Below are positions 29,430 to 39,785 of a stretch of DNA of 64,000 bases, in pieces. Origin of the DNA: a virus (taxonomy: Duplodnaviria; Heunggongvirae; Uroviricota; Caudoviricetes). The stretch spans positions 64,001 through 128,000 of the IMG/VR virus record IMGVR_UViG_3300009709_000001; one strand, given 5' to 3'. A model generated the notes under the pieces. The model was not told the origin of the DNA. It worked only from the letters and a program-made list of their open reading frames with translations, and searched no databases. The stretch's first letter is position 1; the number at the start of each line of letters is the position of its first letter. Made by a program: the position numbers and the translations under genes.

Positions 29430-30088
29430 ACCAATATCTCCTTGTCCATCCAGGCTCGTTTACCGTCTACTAACTGCCATGTTCGACCTTTATTTTTGGC
29501 TGCATTAGTCAATAGATGTCCGTTATCTCTTTTATTGGCTGCTATGCTTTTGTTTTTCTTAGCGGACATGGAATCTTTTGTTCCAGTTCTTGTTTTACTT
29601 ATCTTTGCTGCGCGCTTTTCTGTGTATGTATCCAGGGCACAGCATGAATTCAACATTCGATCTTTCATTTCTTTGGCCGACAATGTCGATAAGGTCTTTT
29701 TCATTCCACCCGAAATAAGATTTCGTGATTCGACAGATTGAGAAATATTATATGGTTTGTGTCCTAATTGTGACTCAACAAACAATTGCTTGCCTAATTC
29801 GTAGAACCTTGAATTAGGTTTATATCTATTCTCATTTCCGTTGCACATTCTCCAATATGCATAATTCATCTTTTTCTTAAATGCTGGATAAACCGCCTTA
29901 ACCAGAAGAAGATGACAAACGAAATGTTCCCTTGCTGTCAATGACACCAGATTTCCGACAGAATTTTTACCGCCCAAAGATTTAGGAATCACATGATGTT
30001 TTTCGAAATACCCATTTAGGTCTCTAAGTTTCGCTTTCTCAATGATTCTAAAATACCACCTGGTATATTTATTTTGCTGAAAAATCAC
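29426..30088 (-). CDS. HNH homing endonuclease
   Basis: EKHHVIPKSLGG.N...NLVSLTAREHFVCH. Confidence 0.9.
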   Translation of the reverse strand: MIFQQNKYTRWYFRIIEKAKLRDLNGYFEKHHVIPKSLGGKNSVGNLVSLTAREHFVCHLLLVKAVYPAFKKKMNYAYWRMCNGNENRYKPNSRFYELGKQLFVESQLGHKPYNISQSVESRNLISGGMKKTLSTLSAKEMKDRMLNSCCALDTYTEKRAAKISKTRTGTKDSMSAKKNKSIAANKRDNGHLLTNAAKNKGRTWQLVDGKRAWMDKEILV

Positions 30089-30525
30089 GCTTTCCTCCTT
30101 GGATCATTATAGATATTCTCTTCATTCATTACTCTAAATTTCATGCCATGACTCTGAGCGAATGCATGTGCGGCTGCCCATTTGAACTGGTTTAGGGCCA
30201 CCGCAGCTTTCGCCTTTTCAGATTTCGCCTTTTCTAAAAATGTTTCCTTAGATGGTTTTACCTCGATAATTTCTGCGTTGGTCTTTCCGTTAGCATCCAT
30301 GTATGTAACGACAAAGTCCGGTATATAGACCGTGTATTTATTCGTGAATGGATTTTGGTAAGGGATTTTCAGGGACTCGGATGCCCAGCTAATGATGTTT
30401 GGATTAGTATCAAACATCACCATAACCTTATGTTCCCAAGAAGATCTAAAAAATATAGGATAGGTTCCTACATATTTGGCTGGATTGATAGGCTTATACT
30501 CGCCTTGGACATAACTTCTAGGCAT
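30085..30525 (-). CDS. head completion nuclease (T4 gp4-like, TnsA-type)
   Basis: FRSSWE..WASE..Y.PDF..IEVKP. Confidence 0.88.
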   Translation of the reverse strand: MPRSYVQGEYKPINPAKYVGTYPIFFRSSWEHKVMVMFDTNPNIISWASESLKIPYQNPFTNKYTVYIPDFVVTYMDANGKTNAEIIEVKPSKETFLEKAKSEKAKAAVALNQFKWAAAHAFAQSHGMKFRVMNEENIYNDPRRKA

Positions 30526-30526
30526 A

Positions 30527-31000
30527 TTATGTTCTTATTTCTCTTGCTTGTAGGCTATACCTGTTATCTACAGCAGTTACAATGCCGACCTGATTTCCGG
30601 GATCGCGAAGCATATTAAAGGAACGGTATGCATCAGCCGTAAAAGCTAACTGACCATTGTTTTCCGATTGTTCAAGCAAAGATTGTACCGAAATTCCCAA
30701 GATATTAGCCATGTCAATTGCAAGTCCTGTCATGGCATCGGCATAGACTACGGTTGCACCTCTTGACAAGAAGTAGCATCTAGTCGAGTTATAGACATTA
30801 GATGAATAATTGCCTACAACTCCACCACCTAAATCGGATTGTGAGAGTGAATCTGGACTCGGAAATACTGTAGGACCGGATGCATACTTGTAGGTATTGG
30901 AAATCGATCCATTGGTTGATTTAACGGTACGCTGTGTGCCCAGATACGTAAGCATCTGGGAACTGAAACGTCCTATTGATGCAAGGTTTGAATTAGCCAC
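30527..31000 (-). CDS. hypothetical virion protein
   Basis: 157-aa ORF in tail operon. Confidence 0.65.
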   Translation of the reverse strand: MANSNLASIGRFSSQMLTYLGTQRTVKSTNGSISNTYKYASGPTVFPSPDSLSQSDLGGGVVGNYSSNVYNSTRCYFLSRGATVVYADAMTGLAIDMANILGISVQSLLEQSENNGQLAFTADAYRSFNMLRDPGNQVGIVTAVDNRYSLQAREIRT

Positions 31001-32243
31001 TTGTGCCTCCTGTTCTATTCACATCCTGATACATTGTGGTACCTCGTCCAGCAGACGATGCGAAAGGTCGTGTTTGAACAGAAGGAGCATTTGTAGGATA
31101 ATATGGTGTGGGTGAAATCTTTGCCAATCCATCCAATGCACTGGATGTAACTCGTCTAACTACCTTGTCAGATAGGAATGCACCAGTGGTTGCACCAATT
31201 GTGGATTGTACATTCTTACCAATTCTTTGCAGAATAGGATTATCGGATGTTAGCAATGGATTATTAGACTCGATAAAGTCGATTAATTGCGCATTGAACG
31301 CTAGAGAAGGCAATTCCAGGAATTCGCCATGTTCAAAAGGTTCCATCGAGGAATTGTTGTTGACTTCTCCACCACCAAGTTTCAAGTTTTGAATGGTGTA
31401 GTAGGCATATTCATATTCGAAGGTAAATGTCAATTCGAGTGTTCTGCTACCTTCGGCATAATTCAATACATCGTGAGTGAATGCTGCAACACGTGGATTA
31501 ACCAAAGTAACCTGGTTAAATCTACCACCGTGTACCTGATAGATGTCAATTGTCTGGATTAGATTACGAATATTACCGACCTGTGGTAGATTGAAACCAA
31601 AGCGATGGTTATCAATTGTATCAGATACGATATTACTCAATGCTTTCTTATCACCGACAGAATTCACCGGAGAATTTGCACCAGTCGGTGCATTACTTTG
31701 GAACAAATCTTTTACACTAGCCGGCAAACTAGCAAGTGCCGGATTAAGTTTCGGAATAAAATTCTCTATAGCGAAGGTTTTGTTCTTCTGCTGAGTATTC
31801 TTTGCCTCGTTGATACCGGGTTCTGTACCGTCACCAAAATAGTATCGATAGTACATATCCCAAAACTTCAAGGTCTTGCCATCGGCAACATCGTGGAATA
31901 CCATCTTAATCGGTTCAAACTGAATCTTCGTCTGGCTTAGACGCTTTCGATTGTACTGATTGAGCGGAGTAGTTTCAATCTTCATAGCTGGCATGTCAAC
32001 GGTCTTAACCAATGGCATAACCTGTGTCCAATTCGGATTGTTAAAATACTGCGCGATGTAGTCTTTTGCGGTGCCTACATTATTCAGGTTGATATTGATA
32101 TAGTACTCGAACGGGAATCTTGGTTGATTCCTGTAGAGTGCCTGCGAATCTTGATTGAAGTTATAGGTGGCATGGCGTGGGTTCTTTTCATAAAAGAACC
32201 CGGCGCCTGTCAGTGACGTGAATAAGCTTGAGAATGATGGCAT
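30993..32243 (-). CDS. tail tube-like / tube initiator protein (gp54-like)
   Basis: VKTVDMP..NQYNRKR..FEPIKMVFHD..LTFTFEYE matches the tube fold of 33212-33826. Confidence 0.7.
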   Translation of the reverse strand: MPSFSSLFTSLTGAGFFYEKNPRHATYNFNQDSQALYRNQPRFPFEYYININLNNVGTAKDYIAQYFNNPNWTQVMPLVKTVDMPAMKIETTPLNQYNRKRLSQTKIQFEPIKMVFHDVADGKTLKFWDMYYRYYFGDGTEPGINEAKNTQQKNKTFAIENFIPKLNPALASLPASVKDLFQSNAPTGANSPVNSVGDKKALSNIVSDTIDNHRFGFNLPQVGNIRNLIQTIDIYQVHGGRFNQVTLVNPRVAAFTHDVLNYAEGSRTLELTFTFEYEYAYYTIQNLKLGGGEVNNNSSMEPFEHGEFLELPSLAFNAQLIDFIESNNPLLTSDNPILQRIGKNVQSTIGATTGAFLSDKVVRRVTSSALDGLAKISPTPYYPTNAPSVQTRPFASSAGRGTTMYQDVNRTGGTSG

Positions 32244-32248
32244 ACCCT

Positions 32249-33163
32249 TTATTTATCATCGAGAGTGTTTAACAGATTTCCATCTTTGTCAAATATCATA
32301 AATTTGAAATTATATCCGGCGTCTAGACAGGCTTGACGTTTTTCAAAATGCCTTTTCTGTTCATTAGAAAATGTCCATTTGGATTTAACTTCGATAATTA
32401 GATTCTCTTTAGGAATGTAAATATCCGGGAAATAATAATGTTGCTCACCGATTTCATCAAAATATTTTATCCTCGGCTTATCTTGTGTATCAATACTAAT
32501 TTCAGATTCATTATACTTCTCTAAAAGATATGTAATGGCAAATGGTTCATAGCCCTGGACCTTCGAAATTTTCCCACTCGGCAAGGTATAGTCTTTAGTT
32601 CGATATAATCGTTTTACTATTTTATCATATATTTCTGCATTTTGTGAAACATTTGTAACACCATATTTTTCAATATTGGTCTTAACTTTCTTATCCTGAG
32701 TTTCCTGTAACTTAGAATGATGTTCGACGCCATATTTTTCTAAATTCGTATCTCGTGTTTTATTCTTCAATAATTTCAATTGTTGTGGTTTTTCCACACC
32801 ATATTTTTCTAAATTACTTTGTCTGGTCTTAATCTGAAATTCTTCAAGCATTTGAGGTTTTTCAGTACCATATCTTTCGATATTTGTATCTTTTATTTTT
32901 TGTTTGAATACATCTAAATCCATTGCATTAGTAATTCCCTCACCATATTTTTCAGTAAACGAATCTTTAATTTTTTGCTTAATTTCTTTTGATTTAGATG
33001 GATTGGTTACACCATATTTTTCTAATGATGTTTGTTTTGATTTTATTGCATTGCCAATGTGACGGCAGGAAGAAGAACAATATTTCTTATATTGTCCGTT
33101 CTTCCTGTGTTCTAAAACCAGAGTTTTACAATCCGGATTATTGCATTTTTGACCATTTTCCAT
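32249..33163 (-). CDS. putative homing endonuclease: Zn finger, (TNLEKYGV) repeats and PD-(D/E)xK domain
   Basis: six EKYG-type repeats; YFPDIY..IIEVKS; AT-rich. Confidence 0.8.
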   Translation of the reverse strand: MENGQKCNNPDCKTLVLEHRKNGQYKKYCSSSCRHIGNAIKSKQTSLEKYGVTNPSKSKEIKQKIKDSFTEKYGEGITNAMDLDVFKQKIKDTNIERYGTEKPQMLEEFQIKTRQSNLEKYGVEKPQQLKLLKNKTRDTNLEKYGVEHHSKLQETQDKKVKTNIEKYGVTNVSQNAEIYDKIVKRLYRTKDYTLPSGKISKVQGYEPFAITYLLEKYNESEISIDTQDKPRIKYFDEIGEQHYYFPDIYIPKENLIIEVKSKWTFSNEQKRHFEKRQACLDAGYNFKFMIFDKDGNLLNTLDDK

Positions 33164-33211
33164 AAAATACCTCTATAAATTTGTTTATAAAAGTATTTAT
33201 CAAAATACCCG

Positions 33212-33826
33212 TCACCCGAATGTAGTACCACCAGTTGGGCTGGCGATATCTGGATATGGATTTCCGCCGACTGTTGTACCATCGTTGGTATTTGGACCTG
33301 CGACTTGTGTTGCATTGTCGAAACGAACTGTCAATGTGATGATGTTAGGATCACCACTTGCATAGTCGCCGTCGCCATACGCCACAGCTTGCAACCAGCA
33401 TCCGTCTAAGACCCATGATTCGAGTTGATCGTTATCAGTACCATCAAGAGAATGAATTTCCATAGAGAACTTGTAGTTAATACCGGCTACGGCACTAGTC
33501 TGTTCGAAGTGGTTCATCTGTTTCTGGACCTGTGCACCAACTGCGGACACAACAGAGTTAATCAAGTCATCACGCAAGGTGATTTCAATAGGATCGAAGG
33601 TATGCTTACCAAAGATCCAAGCAACCGAGTTGTACGAGTCTAGCTGAACTTCGTTGTAAGTAATCTTAGGACGAGTAACGGTGACAACGTTAGCAGTCAT
33701 CTCACGGAGACCATTGTTTTCACCGAAGTTTTGCCAGATAACTCTAAAACGATATTTCTGCTTTGGATGCAAAATGCCAAGCTTATTTCCATCAAGTGGA
33801 ATACCGAATTTTGCTAAATTTGCCAT
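33212..33826 (-). CDS. tail tube protein (gp19-like)
   Basis: KYRFRV, GKHTFDPIEITLRDD, LTVRFDNA; follows the sheath gene. Confidence 0.88.
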   Translation of the reverse strand: MANLAKFGIPLDGNKLGILHPKQKYRFRVIWQNFGENNGLREMTANVVTVTRPKITYNEVQLDSYNSVAWIFGKHTFDPIEITLRDDLINSVVSAVGAQVQKQMNHFEQTSAVAGINYKFSMEIHSLDGTDNDQLESWVLDGCWLQAVAYGDGDYASGDPNIITLTVRFDNATQVAGPNTNDGTTVGGNPYPDIASPTGGTTFG

Positions 33827-33910
33827 CTTTTTCTCCTGCTTAGAAAGCTACAACTATTTATCAAATAACCGAAATTATTTTTCAGTGGCCTTCGCATCGA
33901 GTATTTATCC

Positions 33911-33940
33911 AAAAAGAAACCGCCTCAGGGGCGGTTCCTT
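33911..33940 (-). terminator. intrinsic terminator
   Basis: AACCGCC-cctga-GGCGGTT plus U-tract. Confidence 0.75.
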
Positions 33941-33954
33941 GATATACCTAATAA

Positions 33955-36519
33955 TTAGGTTAGGCTTGAACCAGTATTCTTGATACGGATTGGGATATAA
34001 ATGTATTCGATTGCCTTAACTGGCTGAATAGCAATATCAATCCACAATTCGTTTCTATCGATACGAGCTGGTGTGTTGTTGCTCAAATCGCAAACAACGA
34101 TAAAGTCATACAATGCACGGAGTGTGATAAGTTCCGAAAGGAATCTATCAAACGCATCCTTGACTGCCTTACGAGTTGTGGAATCGTTTGGCTCGAACAA
34201 GAATGGTTGTGCAAGGTTGTTCAATTGATAACGAAGATAGTTTTCTAGACGAACAACGTTAATACGATCGGTTGCACTTGCGTATGGTTGACGTGTCTTC
34301 TGACCGAACACAACAATACCACCTGTTGGCATTACGCGGATTGGGTTAATACCGTTAATGTAAAGAATGTCACGCTGACCTTCATTCAATTTAACTGGAA
34401 TGTATTGACCTTCATCGTTAACATAACCAACCGAAGCAGCGTTGTTGACAATACCGCGTTGCAAACCTGCCGGTGCGAACCATGGGTAAGCAACCTGGTC
34501 GTTGTAAGCAATGGTGCGAAGTGCCATGTGCGATGGTGGAACAACTACGTCTGTACCGTCGAGGTTAGTCGACAAGCCACTTGGATACCATGCAGCGAAA
34601 TACTTGCTTGCAGAAACCAAACCATCTGCACCGTTACCGAATGCATTGCTGTGGTTAGTAGCCCAATTCTGAAGAGCTGTGCCAGTTGCATTCAATGTGA
34701 ATGGCGTATCACCGACAACAAATGCAGTCTCCTTACGGTCTTCGTTGAGTGCCAACATTTCATCAATTGCTTCAACATAGCCCGGAGCAGCAATCAAGTT
34801 ATAGAACAAGTCTTCTGCACGGATGTCTTCGTTCGAAACGATAGCAGATTGGATGCCCTTAACGATAACAATGTTCTGTGCGGCTGCACCCATGTATGGA
34901 ACACCACCTGGATTGTTACCAGAAGTGGTAACCCAACGGCCTAGGGAGCCATTGTTGGTGTCATCAGGTTGAGCTGGAACGCTGTCAAAGACATACGGAT
35001 TCTGCCATTCCTTGACATTATTTGTCGAGTAACGAGTATTCCACAACAGGAATCCCTTTGGATACAAGTCTGCATCTGGTGCATCTGGGTCCAAGTCTGG
35101 ATTCGAACCGCCACCGTTGTTTTCACCGGAATAAGAACCGTCGTGATACATTGGATTTGGACGTGCATCAGTAAAGATGATACCATTTGGAGTTGTCTGA
35201 TCGGAATTGTTTACCAAGACCCATGCAGTACCGCTCCAACGATAGATAACCGGATATGGAGCTACATCAGTGTCAACCCAAATGTCACCTTGGCTCAATA
35301 TCGGTGCAGGGACGTTGTCACGTGGATCTGCCGATTGTGTATACAAGGTTGGCTGTCCTGGAAGAACAGTCATTGTAAAACCTTCTAGGTTGATGTTCTG
35401 CCAGCTACCAGCACCGTCAGCAATAAGAATATCGACTGTTGATTGGCCGTTGCCGTCAACACCAACTTCTGCATTGAACCAGAGCTGACCATTTGCAGGA
35501 CCCTGTGTTGGAACACTTTCGCTACCAACGATAACTGCTAGAGGAGCCCAAGGACCGGTTGTACCAGTTGCCTTACGGAATTGGAACGAGTTAACTGTAA
35601 TAGCACCGATACCAGTAATTACTGGTTCGATGTAGACTTGACCGTTAGAGCCTGCCGGATTGGTGCTGTAATAGGTATTAGCAGCAGTGTCATCCGTTAG
35701 AATTGGAGCCTCAACTTGCAAGAATTGCGATAGTGTAGCATCCATTCTACGCAAAACTAGATTTGCACCTTGTGCTGCAGACGAAGTCTTAATCCAGTAT
35801 TGCTGAGTGGTAAGGATACTTGTCAAATCTGGCCATACAGATTGAACAACAACCGAAGTACCGCCAATAGTTCCAAGCTGGACCCACGAACCGCCAGTCT
35901 TTGTCCAATAAGAAACGTTACCGGATGCAGTTTGGAAGACAATTGCATAGTCTCCGTTAACACCATCACCAGCGACTGGTGTGTTTGTTGTGCCGGTTGC
36001 AAAGTTGTAGATGAAACTAATCGGTACAGATACCCAAATTTCATTAGGGAATGTTCCGGAACGTGTAAACAAGCCATATGCGGAACCATTTGGCAATGCC
36101 GATTCATCAAACCAGTAAGTTCCAACAGCAGCTGGGCTAGTTGGCTGGATCGAGGATGGCTGTAATTGCAAGGTGTTTACATCTGCACGAACAACTCTAA
36201 CTAGGTTAGAAATGCCGAGATACGAATAAGCTGCGAGCAAACCATATTCATTTAATGGATAGCCATTAAGTGGTGTTCCGCTGATTTCGTAGAAGATTGG
36301 GTCGCCGAAAGTCTGGACTAGGTCACGCTGGGAAGTAATGGAATATACCTTACCAGCATTCGCCTTTGTTGTACCAGGTGCAATAGACGCACCGTCAGGA
36401 GTCGATTTATTCTCCTGAGTTGCGATGAAGATAAGAGGTACGGTTCCTGGACCAGCACCTACATTGATACTTTCATCAATGACGGAAATACTTACGCCAG
36501 GTGATACTAATGTAGCCAT
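33955..36519 (-). CDS. tail sheath protein (gp18-like)
   Basis: LVSPGVS, PWFAPAGLQRG, GINPI, FGQKT, RINVVRL, FLFEPND. Confidence 0.95.
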   Translation of the reverse strand: MATLVSPGVSISVIDESINVGAGPGTVPLIFIATQENKSTPDGASIAPGTTKANAGKVYSITSQRDLVQTFGDPIFYEISGTPLNGYPLNEYGLLAAYSYLGISNLVRVVRADVNTLQLQPSSIQPTSPAAVGTYWFDESALPNGSAYGLFTRSGTFPNEIWVSVPISFIYNFATGTTNTPVAGDGVNGDYAIVFQTASGNVSYWTKTGGSWVQLGTIGGTSVVVQSVWPDLTSILTTQQYWIKTSSAAQGANLVLRRMDATLSQFLQVEAPILTDDTAANTYYSTNPAGSNGQVYIEPVITGIGAITVNSFQFRKATGTTGPWAPLAVIVGSESVPTQGPANGQLWFNAEVGVDGNGQSTVDILIADGAGSWQNINLEGFTMTVLPGQPTLYTQSADPRDNVPAPILSQGDIWVDTDVAPYPVIYRWSGTAWVLVNNSDQTTPNGIIFTDARPNPMYHDGSYSGENNGGGSNPDLDPDAPDADLYPKGFLLWNTRYSTNNVKEWQNPYVFDSVPAQPDDTNNGSLGRWVTTSGNNPGGVPYMGAAAQNIVIVKGIQSAIVSNEDIRAEDLFYNLIAAPGYVEAIDEMLALNEDRKETAFVVGDTPFTLNATGTALQNWATNHSNAFGNGADGLVSASKYFAAWYPSGLSTNLDGTDVVVPPSHMALRTIAYNDQVAYPWFAPAGLQRGIVNNAASVGYVNDEGQYIPVKLNEGQRDILYINGINPIRVMPTGGIVVFGQKTRQPYASATDRINVVRLENYLRYQLNNLAQPFLFEPNDSTTRKAVKDAFDRFLSELITLRALYDFIVVCDLSNNTPARIDRNELWIDIAIQPVKAIEYIYIPIRIKNTGSSLT

Positions 36520-36560
36520 TGTGATTTAACTCCTTTGAAGAATTATGCTTCTGTTATGAG

Positions 36561-36568
36561 TATTTATC
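36561..36568 (-). promoter_or_regulatory. late promoter motif GATAAATA (representative copy, before tail sheath)
   Basis: same octamer precedes many genes (565, 3293, 4506, 5220, 8991, 13900, 15752, 25068, 28924, 32250, 33194, 33855, 38856, 41677, 49248, 61599); analogous to T4 TATAAATA. Confidence 0.8.
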
Positions 36569-36605
36569 TTGGAGGATGTTAAATACCAGGCAAATGAAGC
36601 GATGA

Positions 36606-37265
36606 TCACATAAGCTTAGTCATCATTTGTCGAATTTGAACATGGAGATCTTCCAATGTTCCATCATTACTTATCTCTAAATCGGGAATAACTCCGGCTG
36701 TTGCCCATTCACTAAAGTGAACATTTGGGTAATTTTTCTGCATGATGTCCTTAGCAAGCGAACTTCCGTTGTTTGCCTGAACAGCAATTTCCACCCAAAC
36801 CGGAGCCGGACCACGATTCACCTTAACAAGTGTGCCACCGTTTTCGCGAATGAATTTCACTTCGTTAGGAAATCGTACATCACTAATGACTACATTTTGA
36901 GAAGGATCCTTTCTAATCTTGTTTAGGACAGTCAAGAACCACATATCTTCATCGAAATTATTTCTGATAACATCGGTGCCCATGAGTTGCAATGCCATTC
37001 TTGGGCTAAATCCTGGACGACCGAGTTTTTCTTCCCACCATGGATCAACCTGTTCACGCCATTCTCTAGATTTCTTGGTATCACCTTCTAGCATTTGCCT
37101 TGGCCAATCGAATAATGCGGCACAGGCATCCTTTAGACTTCCCGCAAAACTATCTTGCCTAAATCCATATTCATTCGCCAATTGCGAGGCAACAGTGCCT
37201 TTGCCGCTACCAATATACCCGAGTAATCCAATTATTTTCGCCAATTTAATCTTCCTTTTACCCAA
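36606..37265 (-). CDS. deoxynucleoside monophosphate kinase (gp1-like); start probably at LAKIIG
   Basis: GYIGSGKGT, SFAGSLKD, LQLMGTD, VISDVRFPNE. Confidence 0.92.
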   Translation of the reverse strand: MGKRKIKLAKIIGLLGYIGSGKGTVASQLANEYGFRQDSFAGSLKDACAALFDWPRQMLEGDTKKSREWREQVDPWWEEKLGRPGFSPRMALQLMGTDVIRNNFDEDMWFLTVLNKIRKDPSQNVVISDVRFPNEVKFIRENGGTLVKVNRGPAPVWVEIAVQANNGSSLAKDIMQKNYPNVHFSEWATAGVIPDLEISNDGTLEDLHVQIRQMMTKLM

Positions 37266-37960
37266 TTATCGGAGTCTGGTGGAACTACCGACATTATTGA
37301 ATTTATTCCATTGTTCCACCAGACCCGACCTTTTGTTACTCTTCCTTCTGTCCATCCTGGACCCGGGCATGCATCAGACTTTATATCTTCAATACCATTG
37401 TTCCACCAAGGCTTCTTTGCACTCTTTTTTTGTTTTTCTCTTGATTCTACAGAATGAAACCCAATACCCTGCTCTTTACATCTTAACCCGTTTTCAATTC
37501 TCTTTTCTAAGGAAATTCCGCAAACACCAGTTTTATTTCTTTTATTGGTTTCGCCGGCCTTCTTTGAATTTTCTTTACGGTCGGCTAATGTCAATTTATG
37601 AAATCCAATCTTAAGATCGCGACACTTGATGCCTGCACGAATAGAGATTTCTCTTTTCTCCTCGCCGGTAATTAGCCAATTTCCATTGGAATGCTTATTC
37701 AAGTAGTTTGGCCATCTCATTGTCCACCGATTAACTCTCATTTCCCAATTTATTGCAGATTCTCGATTATCGAATACTCTCCGTATTTCTATTTCAAAAT
37801 CTTCTTTTCCATGGAGTTCGATAATTTGTTTCACACTCTTTGAGGATGTAAAGTAGGTAGAAAATAAATCCGACGGGCAACAACCACTTGCATACCTAAC
37901 TCCATAATAATATTTGTTTTCAGATCGGGAATAGATTCGATATGTATAAGGTGTTGTCAT
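37232..37960 (-). CDS. GIY-YIG (Seg-like) homing endonuclease
   Basis: YTYRI..YYYGVR..YFTSS; WWNNG repeats; start re-called to 37960 behind GGTAAATA. Confidence 0.85.
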   Translation of the reverse strand: MTTPYTYRIYSRSENKYYYGVRYASGCCPSDLFSTYFTSSKSVKQIIELHGKEDFEIEIRRVFDNRESAINWEMRVNRWTMRWPNYLNKHSNGNWLITGEEKREISIRAGIKCRDLKIGFHKLTLADRKENSKKAGETNKRNKTGVCGISLEKRIENGLRCKEQGIGFHSVESREKQKKSAKKPWWNNGIEDIKSDACPGPGWTEGRVTKGRVWWNNGINSIMSVVPPDSDNWVKGRLNWRK

Positions 37961-38014
37961 ACGACTATTTACCACAGTCGCCCTAACAATCCAATAATCA
38001 CGAATCACCCATAA

Positions 38015-38063
38015 GAAAACCCCTAAATGTTTATTCTGTAGTTATACAGATTCATTTAGGGGT
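38015..38063 (-). terminator. long hairpin/terminator after gp13
   Basis: AACCCCTAAATG...CATTTAGGGGTT inverted repeat. Confidence 0.55.
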
Positions 38064-38079
38064 TCGCAATTTTTTTCGT

Positions 38080-38832
38080 TTAGCCAATTATGAAACCGTA
38101 ACCATCTCCAGATACTACCATATTCATTAATTGCTCTTCAAGTTTGTCCATTTCGGCTTGAGCTTCTTGTTTAATGGTAGCACCATTAAACATGACATTT
38201 CCATTCGGTCCAGGGAATCCGGATGGAAACTTATCTCTTGCCTCACCAAGTGTGTACTTCGCATAAGCAGTCGAATACTGTCTTAACCAAGGACCGACAT
38301 AAGGATCATTGATCATATCATCTTCGGACTTTCTTGCATAAACTCTAACCGCAACTTCTTCATCGGCTGTTGGACGACGAATAATGGTTAGAAGCTTGTT
38401 GTTCACATCCCAGGTGAAGTTATACTGGCTGGCAAAAACACGTTCGGTAGTTTCAAGAAACTGATTATAGAAATCCCAAGTAGCTAAACCACCTGATCTG
38501 TTAGGTTGTAACAGATAGATGTTATAAAATGCAGCATCAACCGGGTCAAAATTGATACCACCATTGGTATATGCACCGACACCACGGCGGTAAAGACGTC
38601 TCACCTCTTGCACCTCATCTGGAAGTGTATACTCTGTAATGTTCCGCGTAATGTGTAGAAAAATATCCTTCTCTAACAATGCTCCATCAGATCTTTGGCG
38701 GACCTTTTGAAGAGCAACCGTAATCGCAAGTTCTAGGTGTTGTACGTCAAGTTCAATATCAACCATTTGCGCACCGAGGGCTAGCTCGATTTGCTTCATT
38801 AACAAAACTCTAGGTGTTATCTGTGCGGACAT
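38080..38832 (-). CDS. neck/head-tail adaptor protein (gp13-like)
   Basis: LGAQMVDIELD, W...Y..A.AK..LGEARDKF..GP.G...NG. Confidence 0.85.
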   Translation of the reverse strand: MSAQITPRVLLMKQIELALGAQMVDIELDVQHLELAITVALQKVRQRSDGALLEKDIFLHITRNITEYTLPDEVQEVRRLYRRGVGAYTNGGINFDPVDAAFYNIYLLQPNRSGGLATWDFYNQFLETTERVFASQYNFTWDVNNKLLTIIRRPTADEEVAVRVYARKSEDDMINDPYVGPWLRQYSTAYAKYTLGEARDKFPSGFPGPNGNVMFNGATIKQEAQAEMDKLEEQLMNMVVSGDGYGFIIG

Positions 38833-38861
38833 CGTGTATCACTCCAATGATACACTATTTA

Positions 38862-39359
38862 TCAAACCTCCCAGCACTTTCCTTGTCGGTAAGCGATGGC
38901 CATCGCTTTTGCATCATCGAGAGCATTGTGGATATCGAAATTATTGTCCATGACGATTTGCTCTGCATCGTCATTCATTACCACAAATTTGTAGTAATCG
39001 GTTTTTGCTAAGTTTGCTGGCCACAATGAAGTCATCTGAATCAAACGCTTCAAATGTGGAAAGTCCCAAGACACATTATCGAGTCCAAGGATACACGGTT
39101 CCCCGAGATCTTCAATCCATTGTGCAATTTTCAAAGCACAAGCATACTCGGACATCTTATAGGGATCACCTTTGAGAATTGGCAAGACAAATTGCTTCAC
39201 AAACTCGGAGCAATCTTCCAATTCGTAGGTATCTGTCAACTCTGCATAAAACTCACGGCCATCCTCAGTGACCAGCGCAATGCTGATCAATTTGTTTTCC
39301 GGAATTAAATCCGTAAATTCCGTATCTAAAAATAGTTTAATCATCGAGTATCTGCCCAT
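38862..39359 (-). CDS. DEDDh 3'-5' exonuclease (Rv2179c-like)
   Basis: FLDTEFT..LISIALV..FYAE..WDF..HNALDDA. Confidence 0.85.
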   Translation of the reverse strand: MGRYSMIKLFLDTEFTDLIPENKLISIALVTEDGREFYAELTDTYELEDCSEFVKQFVLPILKGDPYKMSEYACALKIAQWIEDLGEPCILGLDNVSWDFPHLKRLIQMTSLWPANLAKTDYYKFVVMNDDAEQIVMDNNFDIHNALDDAKAMAIAYRQGKCWEV

Positions 39360-39588
39360 TGAATTTTAATTGAAATGCAGTTGCGTCTTCGTGGTTCGGA
39401 AATGCGAATACATATTTGTATCCGGAACTATATGAACACATCTCCCCCTTCTGATAAGAATCAAGATTCCATAGATAGGCAGAGCTAACAAAAATTCGAG
39501 TTTCTTTCCTTAATGGTTCAATCCACTCGATTTGTTCTTTGTTTTCATTAGTACCAGGATATGGACGAGCAATATTAATTCTGATCAT
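39337..39588 (-). CDS. small hypothetical protein, family B
   Basis: EWI...F.F...EDATAFQLKF. Confidence 0.65.
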   Translation of the reverse strand: MIRINIARPYPGTNENKEQIEWIEPLRKETRIFVSSAYLWNLDSYQKGEMCSYSSGYKYVFAFPNHEDATAFQLKFNGQILDD

Positions 39589-39785
39589 ACACCGAACCTC
39601 AATTTATAGGCTACTGCATCTTCTGTTCTGAAAATATCCAGGTCGTTATTTTTACTTGTCAGATGTGAATTGGCTTCGGATTTATTGTAATAAATTACCC
39701 AATCCTTGCCATAACTACCGACATTGCTCTCAATCCAACGCAGTAAAGTCGATGTTTGAACATCGGTAGGAATTTTAACTATCAT
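39585..39785 (-). CDS. small hypothetical protein, family B
   Basis: RWIESNVG...EDAVAYKLRFG. Confidence 0.65.
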   Translation of the reverse strand: MIVKIPTDVQTSTLLRWIESNVGSYGKDWVIYYNKSEANSHLTSKNNDLDIFRTEDAVAYKLRFGV

